The notes beneath the pieces were generated by a model. That model was not told the DNA's origin. It saw only the letters and a program-made list of their open reading frames with translations, and did not search any database. Made by a program: the position numbers and the translations under genes. A stretch of 64,000 nt of DNA from an uncultured Verrucomicrobiae bacterium (lineage in GTDB: Bacteria > Verrucomicrobiota > Verrucomicrobiia > Palsa-1439): positions 320,001-384,000 of the forward strand of contig CAWEWF010000006.1 in the NCBI GenBank assembly GCA_963812605.1. Direction: 5' to 3'. Below, piece by piece: positions 9,724 to 20,468 of this stretch (within the stretch, counting starts at the first letter, position 1; every line of letters starts with the position of its first letter).

Positions 9724-10609
9724 TGTCATTCTGAGCGCAGCGAAGAATCTCTGTCGTTCATGAAATGCACACCGGTTTTCGGGCACTTCTCGCTAAGGTA
9801 ACACGCTGTGCATTGCGGATTCTTCGGTCTGCACCATTGCCGACCAATCTCCCATACCGGGAGATCCATCACACCGGGAAACTCGGGACACAAACTGCGT
9901 GCTCTAAAAATCAATTGCTCCACACTCGCGTCAGCCGTAGTGAGACCGAGCCGTTCGAAAACGCGTCGTACGTGACGATCGGCTGAGATATCGATGGAAT
10001 AATAATCTGCGAACGGCAATTTGAATCCTCTAGCGAGGATATTGGCTGCCATGCTGGCGATCTTTGGCCCGACGCCATCAAATTCGAGAAAGCGATACAC
10101 CACGTCAGCACTGGAGGGCTTGTCTCGCCAAATGCGAGATGCATCGCCGCCATAGTGCCGCACAACCCGTTGCACCGCAGCGTGAAAGAGGTCACCCATC
10201 TTGTCGGCAAATCGGTGAAGAGGTTCTGGTTCGCTCATGAGTTTCTTCACATCAGGCAACGTAAGTGATGCAAGCCGTTTGATCGAGAAATCGCCGCCAA
10301 GTTTCTGTTGGAAACGATACGGAATCAGCCATGCCCTCTCTGCTTTGACCTGACGATCCATCACGGCAGCCAAAACAAAAGCGTGTGGATGACCGGTCAG
10401 GTCGTTCAGTAGTGCATTGGCTGCCTCATCTTTGGCAGCCTCATCTCTGGTGAAACCCCTTGATTGCTTAGCTTCGAACAACTGCTTGCCGTGCTCGACT
10501 AGTCTGTCACGAATCCATGTGTCGTTGGCCAATGTCATCGATTCCTACCCCGCGCGTCACTGCCACCGCGATCAAACGACAGAGATTCTTCGCTGCGCTC
10601 AGAATGACA
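9724..10609. mobile_element. putative cassette: perfect 35-bp inverted repeats enclosing one gene
   Basis: 9724-9758 tgtcattctgagcgcagcgaagaatctctgtcgtt is the exact reverse complement of 10575-10609. Confidence 0.6.
9726..10538 (-). CDS. HhH-GPD / endonuclease III-like DNA glycosylase with 4Fe-4S loop
   Basis: HhH FDGVGPKIA, catalytic-Asp region ADRHVRRVFERLG, FCL motif CRPKNPQCTACYLSEKC. Confidence 0.85.
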   Translation of the reverse strand: MTLANDTWIRDRLVEHGKQLFEAKQSRGFTRDEAAKDEAANALLNDLTGHPHAFVLAAVMDRQVKAERAWLIPYRFQQKLGGDFSIKRLASLTLPDVKKLMSEPEPLHRFADKMGDLFHAAVQRVVRHYGGDASRIWRDKPSSADVVYRFLEFDGVGPKIASMAANILARGFKLPFADYYSIDISADRHVRRVFERLGLTTADASVEQLIFRARSLCPEFPGVMDLPVWEIGRQWCRPKNPQCTACYLSEKCPKTGVHFMNDRDSSLRSE

Positions 10610-10716
10610 GATGAAGAGGCGAGCAGACGACTGGTGATTTGATCTCGCAATTTCCGATCTCAAACTTGAAGCACCAATTCGGCCCCTCAAGTTCTCGACT
10701 CTCGCCAACGCGGTGT

Positions 10717-12670
10717 TCATGGCCTCACCACCACGTAATAAATGATCACCGTCACGCCGAGGCCAACGAGGAAGGCGTAGCCGGAGATGCTGCCGGTTTG
10801 GAGCAGGCGCACGGTGCGACCCAGCAGGCCGGTGCCGACCGACAGGCCGCCGATGCCGAGCCGCTGGAGAATCCAGCGATCGAACAATTCGCAGATGGTC
10901 GCAATCGTGCCTTGCACGTACTTCACCAGCCACGCATACAGTTCGTCGAAGTAGTATTTGTTCTCCACGAGCGTCCAGAGTTTGCCGAGCGCGGCTTTTA
11001 CCGGCGCATCGCTAGGTTCCGGTTTCCAATAAATCGTCGCTGCCAGGAGAAACCCAAACGCCGGTATGGCGATCAACCCACCCAGCAACAATACGGAATG
11101 GTGTTCTTCGACGAGCGGAGGCCCGAGAAAATCCGGTATCCGACCATGCCAGCCGGCGACAATCGAGAGGAGCGCCAGGAACACCAGCGGCAACGTCATC
11201 ACCAGCGGCGATTCGTGCACTGGTGGCGCAGGCGTCCCTGCCTGCGACTCATGATGCACAGGCACGGACGCCTGTGCCACCAAATCGTGGTGATGCCAGC
11301 GCGGCTGGCCGAAGAACACGACGAACACCTCGCGGCCCATGTAGTAGGCCGTCAGAAATGCGGTGGTGATCGCCATGATGAACAGCGGCATGCTTTTCTC
11401 GAAGGCGAGCAGGAGAATTCCATCCTTGCTGTAAAACCCGCTCAACGGCCACACGCCCGCCAGGGCCAGTGTGCCGATAACAAACGTCCAGAACGTGATC
11501 GGCGTCTTCTTCCACAAGCCGCCCATCTTCCAAATGTCCTGTTCGTGATGCAACGCGAGGATCACGCTGCCGGCGCCAAGGAACAGCAGCGCCTTGAAGA
11601 ACGCGTGGGTGGTCAGGTGAAACATCGCCTGGATTGGCCCGCCGAGGCCCACAGTCATGACCATGTAACCAAGTTGCGAAAGCGTTGAGTACGCGAGGAT
11701 GCGTTTGATGTCATTCTGCGCGATGGCGATCGTCGCCGCCATGATGGCGGTGATGCCGCCGATCCACGCGATCAACGCCAGCGCCGTTGGGCTCGGCAAA
11801 ATCAGCCACGACACGCGGCAGAGCATATACACGCCCGCGGCCACCATCGTCGCGGCATGAATCAATGCCGACACTGGAGTCGGGCCTTCCATCGCGTCGG
11901 GCAACCAGACATGCAAAGGCACCTGCGCGCTTTTGCCGACTGCACCGGTAAAGATCAACACGCCAATCAGCGCCAGCGTTCCCGTCGACAACCCCAGCGA
12001 TGGGCAATTTGGCCTGCAACTCCGCGAAATTGAATGTCCCGGCATGCGACCACAGCAACAGGATGCCGAGCATCATGCCCACATCACCGATGCGCGTGGT
12101 CAGGAACGCCTTTTTCCCGGCCTCGGCCGCGCTGGGTTTCTCAAACCAAAACCCGATCAGCAGATAGCTGCTTGCGCCGACCAGTTCCCAGAAGATGAAA
12201 ATTTGAATGAAATTGTTCGAGAGCACGATCCCGAGCATCGAGAACGTGAACAACGAGAGGCAGGCAAAGTAGCGCGAGAAGCCCGGGTCGCCCTTCATGT
12301 AGCCCAGTGAGTAAACATGGATCGCCGACCCGACGCCCGTCACCACCAGGAGCATCAGCATGGCCAGCGGGTCCGTGATCATTCCGAACTCAATGCGCAC
12401 GGCGTCGCCGATGGCGAGCCATTGAATCGTATGGGGCTGGTGCGCGATGTGTTTCACCGTAAACACGAGGAAGAGTCCCATCGAGAGCGCGAAGCTGAGG
12501 ACAATCGCGACGATGGACAGGGCCGCGCTCAACCCTTTCCACTTGTGCGTGACGAGCGTGATCAACACCGCGGCCACCAGCGGCGCGAAGAGAATGATCC
12601 AGACCGAGCAGATCGGGAAATGGCTGCGCATCCCCCAGTCGACGCTGTAATTAAGGAGCCAGTGGTTCAT
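10717..12670 (-). CDS. nuoL: NADH-quinone oxidoreductase subunit L (frameshift near 12010; in-frame REP insertion)
   Basis: FIFWELVG, GKSAQVPLHVWLPDAMEGPTPVSALIHAATMV, DIKRILAYST, HAFFKALLFL. Confidence 0.95.
11221..11282. repeat. REP doublet inside the nuoL coding sequence
   Basis: tggtggcgcaggcgtccctgcctgcg...cacaggcacggacgcctgtgccacca. Confidence 0.85.
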
Positions 12671-12978
12671 AGCCGCATGGTGGTCAGTTCATCGACACTG
12701 ATGCTCTGTTTGCGGCGGTACAGTGCGACAATGATCGCCAGGCCGACGGCCACCTCGGCGGCCGCGATGGCAATGACGAAGAACACCAGGATCTGGCCGT
12801 CGATGATCTTGTTGAACTTGGAGAAGGCGATCAGGGCCAGGTTGGCGGCGTTGAGGTTCATTTCCAGCGCCATATAAATGACCAGGGCGTTGCGGCGAAT
12901 GATCACGCCCGCGATGCCAAGCGCAAACAGCAGACCGCTGACGATCAGGTAGTGATTGAGCGTGAGGGTGCTGGTCAT
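12667..12978 (-). CDS. nuoK: NADH-quinone oxidoreductase subunit K
   Basis: RRNALVIYMALEMNLNAANL, AAAEVAVGLA. Confidence 0.96.
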   Translation of the reverse strand: MTSTLTLNHYLIVSGLLFALGIAGVIIRRNALVIYMALEMNLNAANLALIAFSKFNKIIDGQILVFFVIAIAAAEVAVGLAIIVALYRRKQSISVDELTTMRL

Positions 12979-13469
12979 TTGAGCTCCTTCTTTGAGAGCA
13001 GCACCACGCCAACCATCGCGACCAGCAGCAAGAGAGCGATCACTTCAAACGGAAGCAGGTAGTGGGCGAAGAACGGCTTAATGACTTCCTCCAAACCGCC
13101 GCGCAACTCCGCGCCCCCACCGGTGAGCGGTTTTACCGGCTGACCGAGGATGACCATCAGTTCCCAGACAAACGCCAGCCCCACAGCAATTCCGCCGGCC
13201 ACGCCGAGGGCTTTGAATTTTCGGCGCTCGCTGGCCTGGATGTCGAGCAGCATGATGACAAAGAGGAAAAGCACCATGACGGCGCCGGCATAGACCAGAA
13301 TCTGGATGATGGCGATGAATATGGCCTCCAACAAGAGAAAGAGTCCCGCCATAAACACAAAGAGCAGGACCAAAAACATCGCGCTGGTGACGGGATTGCG
13401 GCTGGCGATCACCAACAGCCCGCACCCCAACATCGCGATGCTAAAAAACCAAAATAACGCGTCGTGCAT
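12975..13469 (-). CDS. nuoJ: NADH-quinone oxidoreductase subunit J
   Basis: RNPVTSA, QILVYAGAVMVLFLFVIMLL, LLPFE. Confidence 0.96.
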   Translation of the reverse strand: MHDALFWFFSIAMLGCGLLVIASRNPVTSAMFLVLLFVFMAGLFLLLEAIFIAIIQILVYAGAVMVLFLFVIMLLDIQASERRKFKALGVAGGIAVGLAFVWELMVILGQPVKPLTGGGAELRGGLEEVIKPFFAHYLLPFEVIALLLLVAMVGVVLLSKKELK

Positions 13470-13475
13470 TCGGTC

Positions 13476-14030
13476 CTACGAAACCTTCGCCTCCCGCTTC
13501 GGCGCCGCCGGCGCATCCGGTGGCGGTGCGCCCTTGTACTTCCACTTCCAAATCGAATCCTCCTGGACGCCGCCCAATTCCAGCAACTTCTCCATGTTGA
13601 ATTGCAACTCTTCCCGCTTGTAGCCCGCGATCGCAAAATCGCGCTTCAGGAAAATGGCTTCCTCGGGGCAAACTTCTTCGCAGTAGCCGCAGTAAATGCA
13701 CCGCAGCATGTCGATCACGAACTCCTTGGGTTCCTTCTCGACGTTCGCATCGGGAGTCCCGTCCGGGCGCGTACCCGGCGTGATCCGAATGGCCTTCGGC
13801 GGACACACAAACTCGCACAACTGGCACGAGACGCACTTGATGCGACCGTCGGGATCTTTCACGAGCGTCGGCGCGCCACGATACTTGCCGTGCAGCGGCG
13901 GCTGTTCTTCCGGATATTGACGCGTGAACTTCCGTTGCGGGATGTGCTTCAACGTCAGCCACAGCCCGTGCAGGATTTGCGGGAGATAGGTTCGCTCCCA
14001 AATCGTCAATTTTGGCCGTTTCACTTGCAT
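13476..14030 (-). CDS. nuoI: NADH-quinone oxidoreductase subunit I
   Basis: Two CxxCxxCxxxCP motifs, TRQYPE. Confidence 0.96.
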   Translation of the reverse strand: MQVKRPKLTIWERTYLPQILHGLWLTLKHIPQRKFTRQYPEEQPPLHGKYRGAPTLVKDPDGRIKCVSCQLCEFVCPPKAIRITPGTRPDGTPDANVEKEPKEFVIDMLRCIYCGYCEEVCPEEAIFLKRDFAIAGYKREELQFNMEKLLELGGVQEDSIWKWKYKGAPPPDAPAAPKREAKVS

Positions 14031-14032
14031 CG

Positions 14033-15067
14033 TTATTTACCCATGGCCGTTAGCACGACGCCTGAAATCAGGATGTTGAAGAGGGTCAGCGGGATGAACA
14101 CCTTCCATCCCAGCGCCATCAATTGGTCGTAGCGAAATCGCGGGATCGTCCAGCGCACCCAGATGTAGAAAAACAGGAAGGCGCAAACTTTCACCAGGAA
14201 AATCCCGATGTGCGCCAAACCCACGAGCAGCGTTTGGGCCGGCGCGTTGAATGGCGCGAAGGGCAGCGACCAACCGCCGAAGAACAGCGTCACCATCAGC
14301 GCCGAGGCCACAAACATGGCGGCGTATTCGCCCATGAAGAACATCGCGAACTTCATCGAGCTGTACTCGGTGTGATAACCGCCGACGAGTTCCTGCTCCG
14401 CCTCCGGCAAATCGAAGGGCAGGCGGTTGGTCTCGGCAAACGCGCTGACGACGAAAATAAAAAAGGAAAGCGGCTGGCAAAATGCCAGCCACAGGTGGTG
14501 GGCCTGGTATTCGACCACTCGCGATAAATTAAGAGAGCCAACTTGCATGAACACTGGCACCACGCTCAGCCCGAGACACACTTCGTACGAAATCATCTGC
14601 GCGCTGGAGCGAATGCCGCCCAGAAACGGATATTTCGAGTTGCTCGCCCAGCCCGCCAGCACGATGCCGTAGACGCCCAACGAGGAAATGGCGAAGACGA
14701 AGAGAATACCGACATTCAAATCCGCGATCACGCCCTTGACCGGTTCCGCCAGTCCGGGAATTACCAACTGGCTCCCCCACGGCACGACCGCAATGGTAAT
14801 CAGCGCGGGTACCAGGGAGATCATCGGCGCCAGCGTGAAGTACACTTTGTTGACGTGATGCGACAGCACATCTTCCTTGAACACAAACTTCAGCCCGTCG
14901 GCCAGCGGCTGCATCAGCCCCATCGGCCCGACGCGATTCGGCCCAATGCGGTCCTGCATCCATGCACACACCTTGCGCTCCGCCAGCACCGTGTACGCCA
15001 CGATGGTCAGCATCACCCAAACGACAAAAGCAATCTTGATGAGAGGGACAAGCAGTTCGTGAATCAT
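14033..15067 (-). CDS. nuoH: NADH-quinone oxidoreductase subunit H
   Basis: ERKV..MQDRIGPNRVG, AETNRLPFDLPEAEQELVGGYHTEYS, PRFRYDQLM. Confidence 0.97.
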   Translation of the reverse strand: MIHELLVPLIKIAFVVWVMLTIVAYTVLAERKVCAWMQDRIGPNRVGPMGLMQPLADGLKFVFKEDVLSHHVNKVYFTLAPMISLVPALITIAVVPWGSQLVIPGLAEPVKGVIADLNVGILFVFAISSLGVYGIVLAGWASNSKYPFLGGIRSSAQMISYEVCLGLSVVPVFMQVGSLNLSRVVEYQAHHLWLAFCQPLSFFIFVVSAFAETNRLPFDLPEAEQELVGGYHTEYSSMKFAMFFMGEYAAMFVASALMVTLFFGGWSLPFAPFNAPAQTLLVGLAHIGIFLVKVCAFLFFYIWVRWTIPRFRYDQLMALGWKVFIPLTLFNILISGVVLTAMGK

Positions 15068-15087
15068 AACATTATATTGCTGGAATC

Positions 15088-15146
15088 TGTCATTCTGAGC
15101 ACAGCGAAGAATCTCTCACCGCGCAAAGAGAGACCCTTCGCTTCGC

Positions 15147-15157
<11 letters not shown>
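15088..15157. repeat. TGTCA-family hairpin doublet at the nuoG/nuoH junction
   Basis: tgtcattctgagcacagcgaagaatctc...gagacccttcgcttcgctcagggtgaca; contains the nuoG stop codon. Confidence 0.9.
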
Positions 15158-16856
<1,699 letters not shown>

Positions 16857-16865
16857 GGTAACGAT

Positions 16866-17399
16866 CTACTTCTTCTTACGTCGCGGCTTCTTTCCTTTTT
16901 TCTTCTGCCGAACGTAGAATAGAGTTCCGGGTTCATAATCCCTGATGCTCCCAGGCTCATTGGTTACGCGCTTCTTCTGAGAGTTGAAAACCAACTGTGG
17001 CCCTGCGACGCGAATCAATGCTGTCTCTATTTCCCGCTCATGTTGTTTATCAAGCACCACATAAAAAGAGAAATATTCTAGCTCAAGTGGCTGTGCCTTA
17101 TGCCGCGCATTCAGCCGACTAAAAATGTTACCTCGCCCGGCGTAGCGAGCGTGCCCCATCGAATCATGCGCCATGTAAATTCCTGTTCTCGGTAACTTGG
17201 TTTTGCGCATGTATTTCTTCACAGCATTGAGAGCACTAAATGGCAACATTTCAGCGACAACTTTGAACAGTGGTTGAATCTTCTGAGGGCGACCGGGGCC
17301 TGGTACGAGTTCCCCGTGGACGACCTTCCACATTCGACCATCTGCGTAAATCTCCTCTTTGATCGTCTTCCTGGACTTACCTTTGTTTTTCTTCGCCAT
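16866..17399 (-). CDS. divergent GIY-YIG family nuclease
   Basis: GIYMAHDSMGHARYAG..FSRL..HEREIETALI..VFN gives the GIY/YxG/R/E/N pattern; lower GC; basic termini. Confidence 0.65.
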   Translation of the reverse strand: MAKKNKGKSRKTIKEEIYADGRMWKVVHGELVPGPGRPQKIQPLFKVVAEMLPFSALNAVKKYMRKTKLPRTGIYMAHDSMGHARYAGRGNIFSRLNARHKAQPLELEYFSFYVVLDKQHEREIETALIRVAGPQLVFNSQKKRVTNEPGSIRDYEPGTLFYVRQKKKGKKPRRKKK

Positions 17400-17419
17400 T
17401 ATGTTCAATCGTTCGAGTT

Positions 17420-17495
17420 TGTCACCCTGAGCGGAGCGAAGGGTCTCTGTCGTTCACCTACGCGACCGAGATTCTTCGCTTCGCTCAGAATGACA
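17420..17495. repeat. TGTCA-family hairpin doublet
   Basis: tgtcaccctgagcggagcgaagggtctctgtcgtt...gagattcttcgcttcgctcagaatgaca. Confidence 0.9.
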
Positions 17496-17508
17496 GAAAT
17501 CAAAGCCA

Positions 17509-18069
17509 TTATCGCACTCCGTTTCCGCACGCACGATAAGCTGTGCGCTTCTCTCTTACATGAAATCCAATCGACCTCCGTCGACGCGGTTCCGGCGGAT
17601 TCATGAGTTGGCGGACGGCATCGAAAACGACTCTGAACTGGTTGTCATATTTCTTCTCCAATTCTTCAAGTTTGCGGGCCAAGTCGCGGTGGCCGGTCAG
17701 TGCGTCGCGCATCTTTACGAAAGCACGAACGACAAATAAGCTCATCTGCACTGTTTGCGGACTATTCAACACGGTGGCCGCCATGATCGCGCCGTGCTCG
17801 GTGAACGCATAGGGTAGATAACGAGTTCCCCCGTACGAACTTGAGGTCGCAAATTGCGACCTCAAGTTTGCAACCTCTTGGCGTGTAAGCCGAAACGCAA
17901 AGTCCGATGGGAACCGGGCGGGATTGCGTTTGATCGCCTCATTGAGTCTCTTCGTCGTAATACCGTAAATCCGTGCCAAATCACCGTCCAAAATAACCCG
18001 TTGTCCGCGCACCTCGTGGATACACGTGGCAACATACTGGAGCCGCAATATGGCGCTTTCAGTGGCCAT
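17509..18069 (-). CDS. ORF6N-domain DNA-binding protein
   Basis: IHEVRGQRVILDGDLARIYG..TKRLNEAIKRN..RFP..YAFTEHGAIMAATVLNS. Confidence 0.9.
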   Translation of the reverse strand: MATESAILRLQYVATCIHEVRGQRVILDGDLARIYGITTKRLNEAIKRNPARFPSDFAFRLTRQEVANLRSQFATSSSYGGTRYLPYAFTEHGAIMAATVLNSPQTVQMSLFVVRAFVKMRDALTGHRDLARKLEELEKKYDNQFRVVFDAVRQLMNPPEPRRRRSIGFHVREKRTAYRACGNGVR

Positions 18070-19861
18070 GGCTTCCTCCATTCCCTTTGCAGGCGGCTTC
18101 GAATTCGCTGCGGTATTTGGTGACGAAGGCTTTCACGGGCCAGGCGGCGGCTTCGCCGAGGGGGCAGATCGTTTTGCCGTCGATGTTGTCGGCGATGTCC
18201 CACAACAAATCCACATCCTCGGGGCGGCCGTGGCCTTGTTGGATGCGATGCAGCATTTTTTCCATCCACAACGTGCCTTCACGGCAGGGCGTGCATTGGC
18301 CGCAGGACTCGTGAGCGTAGAATTGCGTGACATTCAACGTGCTCTGCACGATGTCGACCGTATCATCGAGCACGATGATGCCACCCGAACCGGCCATCGT
18401 GCCGGCTTTGCGCAGCGACTCGAAATCCAAGGCGACATCAATCTGATCGGCCTTCAGCACGGGCATCGAACTACCGCCCGGGATGACGCCCTTCAGCTTG
18501 CGCCCCTCTTTCAGTCCGCCGCAGAGATCATTGATAAGCTGGCGCAGCGTCAGTTTGCCCATCTCGAATTCGAAATAACCCGGCCGTTTCACGGGGCCGC
18601 TGACGCACACGAGCCGGGTCCCACGCGAGCCGGGCACGCCGAGTTCCTTGAACCACGCCGCGCCATTATTGATGATGTGCGGGATATTCGAGAGCGTCTC
18701 GACATTATTGACAACCGTCGGGCAACCGAAGAGGCCGACCACCGCCGGAAACGGCGGCTTGATGCGCGGATAGGCGCGCTTGCCTTCGAGCGATTCGATC
18801 AGGCCGGTTTCCTCGCCGCAGATGTACGCGCCCGCGCCGCGGTGGATGTAAATCTCGCAATCGAATCCCTTGCCGAGAATGTTTTTGCCGAGAAAATTCT
18901 TCGCGCGCGCTTCCTCAATCGCCTGGGCGAGGATTTTTGCGCCATACGGCATCTCGCCGCGAATATAGATGTAGGCGACGTGCGAACCGACGGCGTAGCA
19001 CGAGACGAGGATGCCTTCGATGAGCTGATGCGGTTCGTAATGGAGCAACTGGCGGTCCTTGAACGTGCCCGGCTCGCTCTCGTCCGCGTTGCAAACGAGG
19101 TAAACCGGCTTGCCGGTGCCCTTGGCGAGGAAACTCCATTTCATCCCGCAGGGGAAACCCGCGCCGCCGCGCCCGCGAACCTCGCTGTTCTTGACCTCGG
19201 CGACAATATCGTCGGGTTTCATGCCGAGCGCTTTCGGCAGCGAACGATAACCGCCTTCGCGGAGATAGTCGTCCATCGAGCCTGTGTACCCGGGTTTCGT
19301 CAGGTTCGCGAGCAGAACGCGCTTTTCCAGCGGATGTGGCGCAGCGGGCTTCGGCAAGGGTTGCTGTTCGAGTTTGCCGGTGGTCTTGATGCGGTCGACG
19401 ATGGCCTCGGCTGCGTCCGGCGTGAGGTTCTCGAATAATTCGTCGTTGACCATCATCACCGGGCCGGTCCCGCAGGCGGCGAGACATTCGACCGTGGAAA
19501 TCGTGAAAAGCCCGTCGCTTGTGTTTTCATCCAGCCCGACGCCGAGCTTTTTCTTCAGCCGTTCGAGGATCCCGCCGCAGCCGCACAACTCGCAGGTCAG
19601 GGTGCGGCAGACCTTGATGTGAAACTTCCCACGCGGCTTGGGCGAGAACATCGGATAGAACGTGATCAGTTCCCAGACATTGATCGGTTGCAAGCCGAGC
19701 TTGGTGGCGGTCCACTCCACTTGTTCCCGTCCGAGATAGCCGAATTGCTCCTGCAAGAGATGCAGCAGCCACAACACCGCCGCCCGCTTGTGTTGCGGCG
19801 GATAGTGCGTGACGATCTCGTCGATGTGCTTCTCGAGTTCGGTTGGAACGTTCAGTGCCAT
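18059..19861 (-). CDS. nuoEF: fused NADH-quinone oxidoreductase subunits E and F
   Basis: NuoE cysteines CRTLTC and ECLAAC, then NuoF GRGGAGFP, NADESEPG, GAGAYICGEE, HESCGQCTPCREG in one frame. Confidence 0.9.
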   Translation of the reverse strand: MALNVPTELEKHIDEIVTHYPPQHKRAAVLWLLHLLQEQFGYLGREQVEWTATKLGLQPINVWELITFYPMFSPKPRGKFHIKVCRTLTCELCGCGGILERLKKKLGVGLDENTSDGLFTISTVECLAACGTGPVMMVNDELFENLTPDAAEAIVDRIKTTGKLEQQPLPKPAAPHPLEKRVLLANLTKPGYTGSMDDYLREGGYRSLPKALGMKPDDIVAEVKNSEVRGRGGAGFPCGMKWSFLAKGTGKPVYLVCNADESEPGTFKDRQLLHYEPHQLIEGILVSCYAVGSHVAYIYIRGEMPYGAKILAQAIEEARAKNFLGKNILGKGFDCEIYIHRGAGAYICGEETGLIESLEGKRAYPRIKPPFPAVVGLFGCPTVVNNVETLSNIPHIINNGAAWFKELGVPGSRGTRLVCVSGPVKRPGYFEFEMGKLTLRQLINDLCGGLKEGRKLKGVIPGGSSMPVLKADQIDVALDFESLRKAGTMAGSGGIIVLDDTVDIVQSTLNVTQFYAHESCGQCTPCREGTLWMEKMLHRIQQGHGRPEDVDLLWDIADNIDGKTICPLGEAAAWPVKAFVTKYRSEFEAACKGNGGSHGH

Positions 19862-19865
19862 GGAA

Positions 19866-20468
19866 TCATTTGGGTGGTGGCAAATAAGCGCGATACAGTT
19901 TTTTCGCTCTTCGCTTGGCTATCGAGTAACTCCGCGCTCGATAAAGGCAATCTCGCCCATTACGGGTCTGATGGAACAGAAATCCAAACTTCTGTGTTTG
20001 CGGTGATCGAGTTGGAGATTGTCGCCGGTCAAATCATCAAACCCGATCGGCCGCCCGTCGACAAGCACCCGGTCACCCTGACACTTCAACTTCAATGCGC
20101 GGATGATCAACCACGTTGTTCGTTTCCGAGGCTATCAGCAACCGATTGTATACGTTGTCGACACTCACGAAATACAATCCATTCGTCTTGAGAACACCGG
20201 CGAGTCCCTGAATTGCCTCGTCCAGCGTCAACTTCCGCTCGGTTCGGTAGTCGACGACACCGGTGAAGTATATGGGAGTGATGAGAGGCTTGTTGGTCAG
20301 CCGCACCAGCCATTCCACCACCGCACTCACCGGGGCGTTCTGAAATTGGCAACTGAACGTGTGAACAGCCGTCGTATTGGTATCTTCCGCCAAAGAACTT
20401 TGGAATGCCAGGGTGCCAGCCGAAGCCGTGACTACGCAGAGCGCAATCGTTGACGTTGCGACCTTCAT
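19866..20468 (-). CDS. exported hypothetical protein with a secretin N0-like domain, frameshifted
   Basis: Signal peptide; FQNAPVSAVVEWLVRLTNKPLI..LTLDEAIQGLAGVLKTNGL; ATGA overlap with the nuoD stop. Confidence 0.5.

Noticed and set aside
9601-9760. CRISPR array
   Set aside because: Units are ~15-bp degenerate tandems without unique spacers, and no cas genes are present. No CRISPR-like array was seen anywhere in the window.
17509-18069. Prophage suggested by the ORF6N gene
   Set aside because: It is an isolated gene inside the nuo operon with no phage structural, replication or integrase genes nearby.
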